Counted from the first letter of the stretch, positions 18,382 through 28,752 are shown. The stretch is DNA of 64,000 nucleotides from an uncultured Cytophagaceae bacterium (GCA_903907745.1 CAIVPF010000035.1:7215-71214); one strand, 5' to 3'. Program-made: numbers and translations. Notes: generated by a model not told the origin, from the letters alone.

Positions 18382-19615
18382 TTTCGATTCTACGGTTAAT
18401 TTTACGCGCTTCCGCGGTAATTGCCTTCATTTTTGGTTTGCTATTGCCGAACGCAATGGTTTTTATCCGATCACTGGAAATCCCTTGATCGACCAAATAC
18501 GTTTTTACCGAATTCGCACGTCTATCTGAAAGGCTAAGATTCGCCTGTGCATTTCCCACTTCGTCGGTATGTCCATGAATTTCAATGGATTTACTCGGAT
18601 TTTGAAATAAATAAGAAACCAAATCCAATAAACATTGGGGAGTGACAAAGGGTAAATCTGATTTATTATTTTCAAATTGGATGTCTTCAAAATGCAGTTT
18701 TTGAAACTCGATGGGCGCTGGTTTGGTAATTAGGATTGGTGCCTGGATGATCGGAGGTTTTTTGAGCCAACAAAATTCGGGAATCTCAATCGATTGAATT
18801 TGAATATCCTGAACTTCATCAACAACTTTTCTGGATATAAAATAAGAATTCGGGTTTATACCTTCTGAAAAACCTGCGTCATTCGAAGGGCTATTGATTT
18901 CTTTAATGGCGACCGAAGCTGACCACACTTTCTCATCCCAGAGGCTTTGGTGAAAATCCAATCCGCCTTTTCCCCCTTTTTGATTGGTCGAAAAGACCAA
19001 AATCCCCCTTTCATCCATGAAATAAGGCCCTTGTTCATCTTCAGGACTATTAATTTGCTTGCCCAAATTTTTAGGTATGCCCCATTTTCCGTCTTCTGTT
19101 CGTTCGGTGAACCAAATATCTCGTTTTCCTTCGCCACCAGGTCGATCGGAGGAGAAGAATAATGTACTGCCATTTGAATTGAGTTGGGGTTGACCTTCCC
19201 AGTCATGCGAATTCACTAAATAGCCTAGGTTTTTAGGTCGGGTCCAAGAACCATCGACCCAGGTACATTCGTATAAATCACAGCCACCGAAGGAATTTGG
19301 ATAGTCACAACCTGAAAAAATTAAATGAAGCCCATCCTTAGAAAGGGTAGGCGTACCTTCATTATTTTCTTGATTTAATTCCTCGATGGGCCTAGGGGAT
19401 TCGAATTTTTCCCCATTCCAGGAAGCAACAAAAATTTCTTCATCTGATTTTACCCCTTTTCGAACCGTTAAGAAAAGTTCTTTTCGAGCAGCTGAATAAA
19501 TCGGGAAGTATTGGGTTCTAAATACGTTCACCTCCTTGATGGGTGCGGAGTGAATAAGAATGCTATCCCCTGGAGAAAAAATGGTTAGGAAAGGGAAAAG
19601 CCATAATCCTATCAT
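18368..19615 (-). CDS. OmpA-family protein with PD40 (WD40-like) repeats
   Basis: Repeated W..P.NLG..VNS...E..P / FSSDRPGG motifs; C-terminal EIHGHTDEVG...NLSLSDRRANSV...NRRIE. Confidence 0.85.
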   Translation of the reverse strand: MIGLWLFPFLTIFSPGDSILIHSAPIKEVNVFRTQYFPIYSAARKELFLTVRKGVKSDEEIFVASWNGEKFESPRPIEELNQENNEGTPTLSKDGLHLIFSGCDYPNSFGGCDLYECTWVDGSWTRPKNLGYLVNSHDWEGQPQLNSNGSTLFFSSDRPGGEGKRDIWFTERTEDGKWGIPKNLGKQINSPEDEQGPYFMDERGILVFSTNQKGGKGGLDFHQSLWDEKVWSASVAIKEINSPSNDAGFSEGINPNSYFISRKVVDEVQDIQIQSIEIPEFCWLKKPPIIQAPILITKPAPIEFQKLHFEDIQFENNKSDLPFVTPQCLLDLVSYLFQNPSKSIEIHGHTDEVGNAQANLSLSDRRANSVKTYLVDQGISSDRIKTIAFGNSKPKMKAITAEARKINRRIEIILP

Positions 19616-19618
19616 CGC

Positions 19619-20266
19619 TTACGGAATTTGTAAAAACTTATGCGTTTGAACGGAAATTTGCCAAGTTGGATTTTCCTTCACAAATGAAACAATTAATTCA
19701 TTCATTTCCACCTGTTTAGACCATTCAGGTTGTAAATAATAATGGGCCTTCTTTGGGATTTTCTCCACAAATGTTTCCGCCCACGGAATATCTGATTTAT
19801 GAAAAACCACGACTTTTAATTCATCCACCATGGAATATATCGCCGGATTCGGATCCTTGAATTTTTTAGGGGAAAAACAAATCCAATCCCAATGTCCCGT
19901 CAATGTCTCGCAAACTCCTGAAGTTTCGATGTGGGTTCTGAAGCCAGCCTCCTGTAATGCTTCGGTCAGTGGAAATAAATCATGCATCAAAGGTTCCCCG
20001 CCTGTGATGACCACTAGGCGGCCAGGATGCGCTGAGGCCTCCTGAACCAAGGTTTGAACGCTTTTTTTAGGGTGGGTGTCGGTGGGCCAACTTTCCTTCA
20101 CATCACACCAATGACAGCCCACATCGCAACCGCCCAAGCGAATGAAATAGGCCGCATGTCCTTGGTATTTCCCTTCTCCTTGAATCGTGTAAAAAGATTC
20201 CATTACAGGGTATTCAAAAACATCTCTTTTTGCGACTGATTTTATATCTTTGACGATTGATTGCAT
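19619..20266 (-). CDS. queE: 7-carboxy-7-deazaguanine synthase (radical SAM)
   Basis: ESFYTIQGEG, GCDVGCHWCD (CxxxCxxC), VITGGEP, SVQTHKFL. Confidence 0.93.
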   Translation of the reverse strand: MQSIVKDIKSVAKRDVFEYPVMESFYTIQGEGKYQGHAAYFIRLGGCDVGCHWCDVKESWPTDTHPKKSVQTLVQEASAHPGRLVVITGGEPLMHDLFPLTEALQEAGFRTHIETSGVCETLTGHWDWICFSPKKFKDPNPAIYSMVDELKVVVFHKSDIPWAETFVEKIPKKAHYYLQPEWSKQVEMNELIVSFVKENPTWQISVQTHKFLQIP

Positions 20267-20352
20267 AAGGACTTAAAATTCTAAGTAAAATTAAGGCTTG
20301 ATTTGTAATTTAACTAATAAGAAATCGTTCTTCCTAGCAAGAAAGAATATTT

Positions 20353-20640
20353 ATGCCAGCAGCTCGTTACTTTTTAATGGTCGTCACTTGTCTATTTTTA
20401 TTGACAGGTTTGAGTAGTTGCTGGTCTGCACGTTGTCCTCGAACGACCTGTCGGGTGCGGGTGGAACATCGGCATGGGGATTTATATTATCGTCCGCGCG
20501 AAGCATGGTCTTGGATGTGGACACCTCGTTATCAGCATGTTCGGAATCCGAATACGCCCGTATACGCACAGAATAAAGCAAAAATTTGGAGACGAATTTT
20601 TAAACCAGGTACGCCTGTTACGCAAAAGAAAGCTCGATAA
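20353..20640 (+). CDS. Small basic lipoprotein of unknown function
   Basis: Hydrophobic leader plus lipobox LSSC; fills the gap between divergent queE and nadE, 3 nt before the nadE ATG. Confidence 0.7.
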   Translation: MPAARYFLMVVTCLFLLTGLSSCWSARCPRTTCRVRVEHRHGDLYYRPREAWSWMWTPRYQHVRNPNTPVYAQNKAKIWRRIFKPGTPVTQKKAR

Positions 20641-20643
20641 TTC

Positions 20644-22551
20644 ATGTCGCAACTGACCATCGGTTCCGGGGTTTTAAATCAAACGCCATTAGACTGGGAA
20701 GGAAATTTCCTTCGCATCGTTGCGCTTGTCGAAGAAGCCCAAAAATCCTCTGTGAAGCTTTTATGTTTGCCAGAATTATGTTTGACCGGATATGGCTGTG
20801 AGGATCAATTTTTAAGCCCTTTTACCTCTCAAAAAGCATGGGAATATACCTTAAAATTAAAGGCTTATTCGAAGGATATTGCATTTTTAGTGGGTTTACC
20901 CCTGCCTTTTGAAGGCGCTTTATATAATGTCGCGGCATGTATTTCAGGTGGAGAAATCGTAGCATTGATTCCCAAACAGCATTTAGCGGATGATGGAGTT
21001 CATTATGAACCGCGTTGGTTTAGCCCCTGGCCCGCCGGAAAAAGAGAAACACATCTGGGGATTCCCATCGGGGATTATCGGATCCAGATACATGAATGGA
21101 TTTTGGGCGTGGAAATCTGTCAGGATGCATGGGAAGGCTCGCGTCGTCCCGCTCATGCGTTAGCCGACCGAGGAGTATCGATCATTTGTAATCCCACAGC
21201 TTCGCATTTTGCGTTTGGGAAGGCGAAGGTGCGTCAACAATTATCCCTCGAAGGTGCCGCCATTTGTCAAGGTGCCTATGTTTTTGCCAATTTATTGGGG
21301 AATGAATCTGGGCGGGTGATTTTCGACGGAGATGCCTATATCGTGCATGATGGCCAAATCTTGGCTCAAAATTCACGTTTTTCCTTTCAAGATCATCAAT
21401 TAATCACCGCTCAAATAGATCTAGCTCCCATGTATTCATCTGAAGCAGATGTCGTGATTGCGAAGCCTTTTGAGATCACTGATTCAATTTCTAAGGAGCT
21501 CACAAAATCAGTTGAGGCCTGGGAGACTAATGCCGAATGCCTGAAAGAAGAAGAATTTGAACGCGTTGTTCGTTTGGGACTTTGGGATTATATGCGGAAA
21601 TCGTATTCTAGGGGATTTGTCGTATCTCTTTCGGGAGGTGCGGATTCCTCCGCCATCGTGAGTTTATGTTTTTTAGCTTTGCAAGCGGCAGAAAAAGAAT
21701 TGGGTTTTGAGGGGATCAAAAAACGTTTGGCCTATATTCCTTGGATTTCCGCTGTCACGCAGGTAGCTGATCTTCAAAAAAGACTTTTAACCACCTTATA
21801 CCAAGGCACGGTTAATTCCTCCCTTCAAACCCGTTCCTCAGCGAAAGTCTTAGCGGACGGCATTGGAAGTACGCATTATGAATTAGAAATCGATGCGATC
21901 GTGGGTGAATATCGGGAGCTCATCGAACAGGCGATCGGTCGGGCTTTAACCTGGGAGCAGGATGATATTACTCTTCAAAACGTGCAATCGAGGGTTCGGA
22001 GCCCAAGTGCCTGGATGTTAGCTAATATCAACCAAGCCTTATTATTAGCTACCTCGAATCGTTCCGAAGCCAGTGTGGGATATGCCACGATGGATGGCGA
22101 TACGTCGGGTTCTATTTCGCCGATTGCCGGGATTGATAAAAGTTTTTTACGTACTTGGTTAGCCTGGGCCGAAGCCAAAATTCCTGCTTTGCATCAAGTA
22201 AATTCCTTAGAGCCGAGTGCGGAATTAAGACCTTTGGCAACAAAGCAAGTAGATGAAGAGGATCTGATGCCCTATCCGATTTTAAATGCCTTAGAGCGCT
22301 GGGCTTTTTACGAGCGAAAAAGTCCTTCAGAATGCCAAGAGGTATTATTTTTGACTTATGGAGCTCATTTTTCCAAAGAAAAATTGTCCGAATTTGCCCA
22401 TCGATTCTTTAGACTTTGGGCAAGAAACCAATGGAAACGCGAACGCTATGCGCCAGGTTTCCATGTAGATGAATATAGCTTAGATCCCAAATCCTGGCTA
22501 CGCTTCCCAATTCTTTCCGCTGGATTAGAAAAAGATTTACCCCCTGTATGA
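20644..22551 (+). CDS. nadE: Glutamine-dependent NAD(+) synthetase
   Basis: N-terminal nitrilase domain (PEL, PKQHL, EICQD); SLSGGADSS, QNVQSR, NRSEASVGYATMDGD, PSAEL. Confidence 0.96.
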   Translation: MSQLTIGSGVLNQTPLDWEGNFLRIVALVEEAQKSSVKLLCLPELCLTGYGCEDQFLSPFTSQKAWEYTLKLKAYSKDIAFLVGLPLPFEGALYNVAACISGGEIVALIPKQHLADDGVHYEPRWFSPWPAGKRETHLGIPIGDYRIQIHEWILGVEICQDAWEGSRRPAHALADRGVSIICNPTASHFAFGKAKVRQQLSLEGAAICQGAYVFANLLGNESGRVIFDGDAYIVHDGQILAQNSRFSFQDHQLITAQIDLAPMYSSEADVVIAKPFEITDSISKELTKSVEAWETNAECLKEEEFERVVRLGLWDYMRKSYSRGFVVSLSGGADSSAIVSLCFLALQAAEKELGFEGIKKRLAYIPWISAVTQVADLQKRLLTTLYQGTVNSSLQTRSSAKVLADGIGSTHYELEIDAIVGEYRELIEQAIGRALTWEQDDITLQNVQSRVRSPSAWMLANINQALLLATSNRSEASVGYATMDGDTSGSISPIAGIDKSFLRTWLAWAEAKIPALHQVNSLEPSAELRPLATKQVDEEDLMPYPILNALERWAFYERKSPSECQEVLFLTYGAHFSKEKLSEFAHRFFRLWARNQWKRERYAPGFHVDEYSLDPKSWLRFPILSAGLEKDLPPV

Positions 22552-23318
22552 TGTTATTACTCGTAGATATAGGAAATACCGACATCGTGTTCGGTTTTTA
22601 TTCCGAAAGTACCTGGCAAACGATTTTGCGAACTCCGACGCACCAGCCTTGGAGTCCTATAAAATTGCAAATGTGGCTTGTCAAGGAATTAAGTGAAAAA
22701 GGTTTAGTCCATTTACGTCCTGATTCGATCTTGATAAGTTCGGTGGTACCTTCTATTTTACCTCAAATTCAAAAGGGACTGGACATTTGGTCCGGTAAAA
22801 ATGCCCGAATCATGGGCCCTAAAATCTATTCGAATTTAGCGATTCAAGTATTAAGTCCCGATGAAATTGGTTCAGATTTGGTGGCCAATTCCGTATACGC
22901 GCATGCGCATTACGATTCTGATGTGTTGATCGTCGACTTCGGCACGGCCCTGACCTTTACCTTATTAGGCGAGGATGGAAAGATGCAGGGAGTATCCATC
23001 GCGCCAGGACTAAAAACGGCTGTAAAATCGCTCTTTTCTCAAACGGCTCAATTACCCGAAGTTCCCCTCGAAATGCCGAATTCGGCCCTTGGTTTTGATA
23101 CCGTATCCGCCATACAATCCGGAATTTTATGGGGATATGTGGGCATGGTGAAGGAAATGATTTTTCAAATCAAAGCCGAAAAAGGACCTCAGATTAAGGT
23201 ATTGGCCACCGGTGGCTTGTCTTCGATTTTGACGCCTTTGGAATCTTCTTTTGATGAGGTGAATAAGTTAATTACCCTGGAAGGTTTACGCATCGTCTTA
23301 CAGGATTTAGAAAAATAG
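22548..23318 (+). CDS. coaX: Type III pantothenate kinase
   Basis: VDIGNTD, ISSVVP, IGSDLVAN, VDFGTALT, IAPG, ATGG. Confidence 0.95.
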   Translation: MMLLLVDIGNTDIVFGFYSESTWQTILRTPTHQPWSPIKLQMWLVKELSEKGLVHLRPDSILISSVVPSILPQIQKGLDIWSGKNARIMGPKIYSNLAIQVLSPDEIGSDLVANSVYAHAHYDSDVLIVDFGTALTFTLLGEDGKMQGVSIAPGLKTAVKSLFSQTAQLPEVPLEMPNSALGFDTVSAIQSGILWGYVGMVKEMIFQIKAEKGPQIKVLATGGLSSILTPLESSFDEVNKLITLEGLRIVLQDLEK

Positions 23319-24361
23319 TGATGAGCCCTAAAGAAAGAGGATATTTTTTTCCTGCCGAATGGCATCCGCATGTGGCCACGTGGATCACTTTTCCGCACAA
23401 TGATCATTCATGGCAAGGGGATAAAATAGCCGATATGTACCCAGAATATTTTCAACTCATTCGTGTGATTTCGCAGGGTGAGGCAATCCACATTAATTGT
23501 CATTCGGCGGAATTAAAGGACTTTATTAGCTCTCAATTACCCCTATACCAAATCGACCCGAAACAAGTCACCTGTCACATTCGTCCCACGAATGATGCCT
23601 GGTGTCGTGATCATGGACCTGCTTTTTTAATTCATCAGGAGAATTCAAGTCGTTTATTGGTCGATTGGGGATACAATGCATGGGGAGGAAAATACCCGCC
23701 CTTTGACGATGATAATCGAATTCCTTTGGCCATCGCTCAGGAAATAGGCCTCGAATCTGTTTCGCCAGGGATTATTATGGAAGGTGGTTCGGTTGATTTC
23801 AATGGGGCAGGAACAGTCATAACAAGTAAATCTTGTTTATTAAATCGGAATCGAAATTCCCAGTTGACGCAAGAAGAAATCGAGCTTTATCTCTGTGATT
23901 ATTATGGGGTTTCGCAGGTACTTTGGGTTTCGGATGGAATTGTCGGGGATGACACGGATGGACATATCGACGATACGGTTCGTTTTGTTAATGAAGACAC
24001 GGTGATTTCCATGGTGGAGCCGAATCCCACGGATGATAATCATCTGGTTCTTCAGCAAAATCTAGAGGAATTGAAGGCCATGCGGCTAATAAATGGAAAT
24101 CCTTTGAAAATTGTGGAAATCCCTATGCCAGATCCGGTGGTGATCGATGAATTTCGGGCGCCTGGTTCGTATGCGAATTTTTATATCTGTAATGCTGGGG
24201 TTTTAGTACCGACTTTTGATTGTCCGCAAGATGCTGTGGCATTGGAAATTCTAGGACAATTATTTCAGGATCGGCCCGTTATAGGTCTTTCTGCCTCCAA
24301 AATTATTTGGGGTCAGGGGAGTTTTCATTGTTTGACCCAACAAGAACCTAAGGGAAATTAA
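23318..24361 (+). CDS. aguA: Agmatine deiminase
   Basis: PAEW, WCRDHGP, FN-like YNAWGGKY, EGGS, DTDGHID, SYANFY, GSFHCLTQQEP (catalytic Cys). Confidence 0.92.
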   Translation: MMSPKERGYFFPAEWHPHVATWITFPHNDHSWQGDKIADMYPEYFQLIRVISQGEAIHINCHSAELKDFISSQLPLYQIDPKQVTCHIRPTNDAWCRDHGPAFLIHQENSSRLLVDWGYNAWGGKYPPFDDDNRIPLAIAQEIGLESVSPGIIMEGGSVDFNGAGTVITSKSCLLNRNRNSQLTQEEIELYLCDYYGVSQVLWVSDGIVGDDTDGHIDDTVRFVNEDTVISMVEPNPTDDNHLVLQQNLEELKAMRLINGNPLKIVEIPMPDPVVIDEFRAPGSYANFYICNAGVLVPTFDCPQDAVALEILGQLFQDRPVIGLSASKIIWGQGSFHCLTQQEPKGN

Positions 24362-25065
24362 TGCAATACCGAATTCTTGTCCTTTGCTTTTTAGGGATAT
24401 TTTTTGCCTGTAAACGTCCTGTCACCAACCTAGCACAGGAAAAAATTCCGTTAGCGCCGAAAAAGCTTATCAAGCAGATTGAATTAGCCATGTCGGACAT
24501 CCAGGGAATTGACATTCAAGAGCAATTAACGGGACATGATGAGTTATTATTGACCTATCAAATCGGCATCATCGAGCGAGATTCTTTGGTATATAGTAAA
24601 ATGGCCACGGTTTATTTGGGAAATGCGAAACAAGGTCAGAAAATTCAATTAGATACGCTTTCTCGAGTAGCGGTGGAATTACATCCTGGGCAGGTTCTTG
24701 GGGTTCAAGTGGCACTTTGGGAAGTAGATGATTATCAAAAAACGCAGAAAGTACTGCGTCGAGTGAATCAAGTCGGTGGATTTTTACAAATCCCCATTTA
24801 TATGATGGAATGGAGTTTCGTGAGTAATCCTTTGTCTTGGTTTTTATGGGGAAGTAGGATTGGGGCTTGGGGTTTGGATTGGTTGGCCCAGGTCGACCAT
24901 AATGACTTATTAGGCGTTTCTGAAATCACGTGGGATTGGAACGATTTACCGGCCAACATGGCGACTCGGTACAAAAGGGGCAATTGGAAAGGAGGTAAAA
25001 GAGGTGTGAATGCATATATCTATTCTTTTGGGTACCAAATTAAGGTAAAGGATGTTTCGAAATAG
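24361..25065 (+). CDS. Hypothetical lipoprotein
   Basis: 234 aa ORF coupled to aguA (TAATG overlap); lipobox-like IFFAC. Confidence 0.75.
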   Translation: MQYRILVLCFLGIFFACKRPVTNLAQEKIPLAPKKLIKQIELAMSDIQGIDIQEQLTGHDELLLTYQIGIIERDSLVYSKMATVYLGNAKQGQKIQLDTLSRVAVELHPGQVLGVQVALWEVDDYQKTQKVLRRVNQVGGFLQIPIYMMEWSFVSNPLSWFLWGSRIGAWGLDWLAQVDHNDLLGVSEITWDWNDLPANMATRYKRGNWKGGKRGVNAYIYSFGYQIKVKDVSK

Positions 25066-25104
25066 GGTTTATTTCGATGAATATTCGTAATTTTAAAAGA
25101 TTGT

Positions 25105-27366
25105 ATGATGATGTTTAAAAAATATATTTTCGTTTTTCTTTTCGGGCTGCTTAGTGCTTTCAACGTATTGGCGCAAAGTCCTGTGCCTTTGCAGATTGGA
25201 ACAATGAAAATTAGTGCGGAGGAGTTTGCTAAGGATTATCGTCGCTTATTAGAAAGTGATAGTATACGAGCAGATAACAAACAGAAGTTTTTATCGGCCT
25301 ACATTGATTACCACATCAAAATATTAGCTGCCGAGGAGGAAAAAATTCCTAATTTACCTGGATTTCAGGATGAATATCAAAGTTTTCGGAAAGAATTAGC
25401 CTCTCCTTATTTGATTGACAATGAGAAAGTGGAGGCCCTGGTGAGGGAAGCCTATCAGCGGTTAAAATCTGAAAAACAGGTGGCACATATTTTGGTCCGC
25501 TTGCCCGCTAATCCGAGTCCGTCTGATACGCTTATTGCTTTTCAAAAGATTAATAATATTCAAAAGAAATTACAGGCAGGTGATGATTTTGCCATGACGG
25601 CGACTAAGTTTTCCGAAGATGAATTGTCGGCCGATAAGGGAGGCTTGATCGGTTATATCACAAGTTTACAAACACAATATGCCTTTGAAAATGCAGTTTA
25701 TGCGCTAGAAAAGGGTCAAGTCTCAAAAATCGTTCGCACTGAAACGGGGTACCATTTGATTAAAATTTTGGAGGTGCGGCCGAATCAAGGGAAAATTCGC
25801 TTAGCGCATATTTTAATTTCTGCGGCGGTGAAGGCACCAACAGCCCTTCAGGTGGAGGCTAAAAATAAGATTGATTTAGTTCAAAAATATTTGGAAAAAG
25901 GAGAGGAGCCCTTTGAATTAATTTGTAAAAATTATTCGGAAGATCCCTATTCGAAAAGTCGGGGCGGTGAATTACGCCGCTGGTATTATTCCTCCGATTT
26001 ATCTGAAGAATTACAGGATAAGTTATTTGGCTTACAACGTTTGGGTGATGTGACGCAACCTATTCGGACGAATTTGGGCTGGCAAATTTTTAAATTACTC
26101 GATAAAAAACCCTTATTAACTTATGAGGAGATGGCGGAATATTTACGCCAAAAAGTACTTACTGACAGCGAGCGAAGCGCCTTAATACGGAGTTCGTTTA
26201 TGAAACGGGTTCGTGCAGAGAATAAGGTATCGATTGAGGAGGCAAATCGGAAAATAGCCTTAGAACGCTATTCGCAAGACCGTATTGGAAATGAGGCCTA
26301 TTTGCAATTGCCCTTGTTTTCGATTGAAAACACCTCCTATTTGATCAAAGATTTTTATGCGTTTATTGTGGAACAGCAGCGTAAGAAATTAAAGGCTTTG
26401 GGTTATTTGCCCACGATTTCGGAAGCATTTTGGTTAGAGGAATATATAGATTTTAATACCCTTCAGGCGGAAGAAAGGCATTTGGAAACGAAATATCCTG
26501 CTTTTAAGGAACAAATGCAGGAGTTTTATGAGGGAAGTTTATTTAGTAAAATTACGGAGAAGGAGATTTATGATAAGTCTTTGGACTCATTGCGTCAACA
26601 AGCCTATTTTACCGCAAACACCTCTAAATTCACCCTGCCGAGTCGTTTGCAAGCCAAGGTGATTTCTGCTGATTCCCCCAAAACCTTAGCGGATGCGTTG
26701 GAATTAATCAGGAATCCTCCCTATCCCTTGAATAAGCGTTTTCCTGATTTGAATTTTGCTTTAGGTCAAAGTATGGTGCCTGCGGCGTCAACTAAAAATT
26801 TGCAAGAATTATTTATTCAGATGGCTAAGAATAAGGATTATATCCTAGAGATTTCGGGCCACCGGGATGCCAGTGAGGCGGATACGCTTGCTCAGGCGAG
26901 GATTTCGAAAGTACTTACTTATTTGACGAAAAAGGGGATTGGAATGTCTCGGATTATTGAAAAAGTAGAAGGAAATTTACGACCAGCCTCGAAAACAGAT
27001 AAATCAAAAAATTCACGCATTACGTTTAAATTCTATTCGCATTCCATGGATGATGTGGTCAAACGCTTTAATTCCGTGAAGCCATTAAGTCTAGATGCAT
27101 CGGAAGGTTTGTTTAAACGGGGAGAAAATGCGATCTTGGACAGTCTTAGCTGGGAACCAGGAAAAATGAATTTTGGATCACAAGGACGCTATATCTACGT
27201 GGACGTAAAAGAAGTCATTCCGGCTCGTTTAAAGACTTTTGAGGAATCTCGGAGTTCAATTATTCGGGATATACAGGCAGAATTGGAAAAATCGTGGCTT
27301 ACACGTTTAAAAGAGCGTTTTCCTGTCGTTCGAAATGAGGAGGAATTGAATAAAATAATGCAATAG
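25105..27366 (+). CDS. Peptidylprolyl isomerase (two parvulin domains) with an OmpA-like insert
   Basis: VAHILV...FSED...KGGLIG and LAHILI...YSEDPYSKSRGGEL; later LEISGHRD...ARISKVLTYL..KGI...SRI. Confidence 0.85.
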   Translation: MMMFKKYIFVFLFGLLSAFNVLAQSPVPLQIGTMKISAEEFAKDYRRLLESDSIRADNKQKFLSAYIDYHIKILAAEEEKIPNLPGFQDEYQSFRKELASPYLIDNEKVEALVREAYQRLKSEKQVAHILVRLPANPSPSDTLIAFQKINNIQKKLQAGDDFAMTATKFSEDELSADKGGLIGYITSLQTQYAFENAVYALEKGQVSKIVRTETGYHLIKILEVRPNQGKIRLAHILISAAVKAPTALQVEAKNKIDLVQKYLEKGEEPFELICKNYSEDPYSKSRGGELRRWYYSSDLSEELQDKLFGLQRLGDVTQPIRTNLGWQIFKLLDKKPLLTYEEMAEYLRQKVLTDSERSALIRSSFMKRVRAENKVSIEEANRKIALERYSQDRIGNEAYLQLPLFSIENTSYLIKDFYAFIVEQQRKKLKALGYLPTISEAFWLEEYIDFNTLQAEERHLETKYPAFKEQMQEFYEGSLFSKITEKEIYDKSLDSLRQQAYFTANTSKFTLPSRLQAKVISADSPKTLADALELIRNPPYPLNKRFPDLNFALGQSMVPAASTKNLQELFIQMAKNKDYILEISGHRDASEADTLAQARISKVLTYLTKKGIGMSRIIEKVEGNLRPASKTDKSKNSRITFKFYSHSMDDVVKRFNSVKPLSLDASEGLFKRGENAILDSLSWEPGKMNFGSQGRYIYVDVKEVIPARLKTFEESRSSIIRDIQAELEKSWLTRLKERFPVVRNEEELNKIMQ

Positions 27367-27369
27367 TTT

Positions 27370-28752
27370 ATGAGGAATATGAAATTAAAAGGATTTTTAT
27401 TGGGTGTTTTTGGATTGTTTCTATCGTTTGCTGCGTTTTCGCAGGAGGAGGCCAAACCGTCTTTATTAGATAAAATTATTGCTAAAATCGATAATCATTA
27501 CATTTTGAAGTCAGAGATCGAGGCGCAGTACCAACAGTATTTAGCCAGTGGCCAAGCGAATTCGCCCGATCGTTGTCAAATCTTGGAAAGTTTGGTCGTT
27601 AATAAATTAATGTTAGCCAAAGCTGAAATCGATTCCGTGATTGTGGAAGACAAGCGGATTGAAATGGAATTAAATTCTAGGATGGACCAAATGGAACAGC
27701 AATATGGTTCGGCTAAAAATATCATTGAGGCCTTCGGTAAACCGATCTCAACGATGAAGGAAGAATTAAGAGCTTCCCTAAAAGAGCAATTGACCGGCCG
27801 TAAAATGCAAGATAAAATTACGGATGCGGTAACGATCACCCCGAAGGAAGTCGCTCAATTTTTCAATAAAATCCCAACGGATTCCTTGCCTTATTTGCCT
27901 GCCGAAGTGGAAGTGGGTCATATTGTTCGTTTAGCCCAACCGAACAAAAATCAAAAAGAGGAATTAATTAGTCGTTTGTTGGATTACCGCAGACGCATCG
28001 AAAAAGGCGAAAACTTTGAAGATTTGGCCAAATTATATTCGGAGGATTTAGGGAGTGGAAAACGTGGAGGTGATTTAGGATTTTCGAAAAGAGGGGCCAT
28101 GGTGGCGCCATTTGAGGCAGCAGCGTTGAAGTTGAAACGCAATATGATGTCCGATGTCGTCGAAAGTGAATTTGGTTTTCACTTGATTCAGTTGCTAGAT
28201 ATTCGTGGACAGGAATACCATGCCCGTCATATTTTATTGCGCCCAGATTATCAAAAATTAGATCTCACAGACCCTACGAAATATTTAGATAGTATACGGA
28301 TTTTGATTCAACGGGATTCCTTGAAATTTGATCGCGCCGCGCGTGATTTTTCTCAGGATAAAGCCACACAAGACGCAGGTGGCTTAATTATGGATATGAA
28401 TACGAAGTCCTATCGGATTCCTTTTGATGGGACCATGGAACCTGGTTTGTATTTTTCCATCGATTCCATGAAGGTGGGAACCTTGTCTACACCGATTCCA
28501 TACCGTACAGAAGATGGCCGCAGCGCTGTTCGCATCCTGTTTTTTAAGGCAAAACACCCGCCACATTTCGCGAATTTAAAGGATGATTATCAGAAAATTG
28601 CGAACATCGCGATTTCCCGGAAGAAAAATGACGCGATTGAAAAATGGTTTTTGAAGGCAAAGGAAGATGTGTTTATCTACATCGATGATGAGTATAAAAG
28701 TTGTAATACCTTAGGCACACAAACCGCTGAGAATAAAGAGTCTAGTCAGTAA
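27370..28752 (+). CDS. surA: SurA-like peptidylprolyl isomerase
   Basis: LDKIIAKID N-domain; FEDLAKLYSEDLGSGKRGGDLGF, ESEFGFHLIQ, RHILLRP. Confidence 0.7.
   Translation: MRNMKLKGFLLGVFGLFLSFAAFSQEEAKPSLLDKIIAKIDNHYILKSEIEAQYQQYLASGQANSPDRCQILESLVVNKLMLAKAEIDSVIVEDKRIEMELNSRMDQMEQQYGSAKNIIEAFGKPISTMKEELRASLKEQLTGRKMQDKITDAVTITPKEVAQFFNKIPTDSLPYLPAEVEVGHIVRLAQPNKNQKEELISRLLDYRRRIEKGENFEDLAKLYSEDLGSGKRGGDLGFSKRGAMVAPFEAAALKLKRNMMSDVVESEFGFHLIQLLDIRGQEYHARHILLRPDYQKLDLTDPTKYLDSIRILIQRDSLKFDRAARDFSQDKATQDAGGLIMDMNTKSYRIPFDGTMEPGLYFSIDSMKVGTLSTPIPYRTEDGRSAVRILFFKAKHPPHFANLKDDYQKIANIAISRKKNDAIEKWFLKAKEDVFIYIDDEYKSCNTLGTQTAENKESSQ

Noticed and set aside
20267-20352. preQ1 riboswitch upstream of queE
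   Set aside because: No preQ1-I stem, loop or A-rich tail pattern on the queE strand; the only small hairpin is generic.
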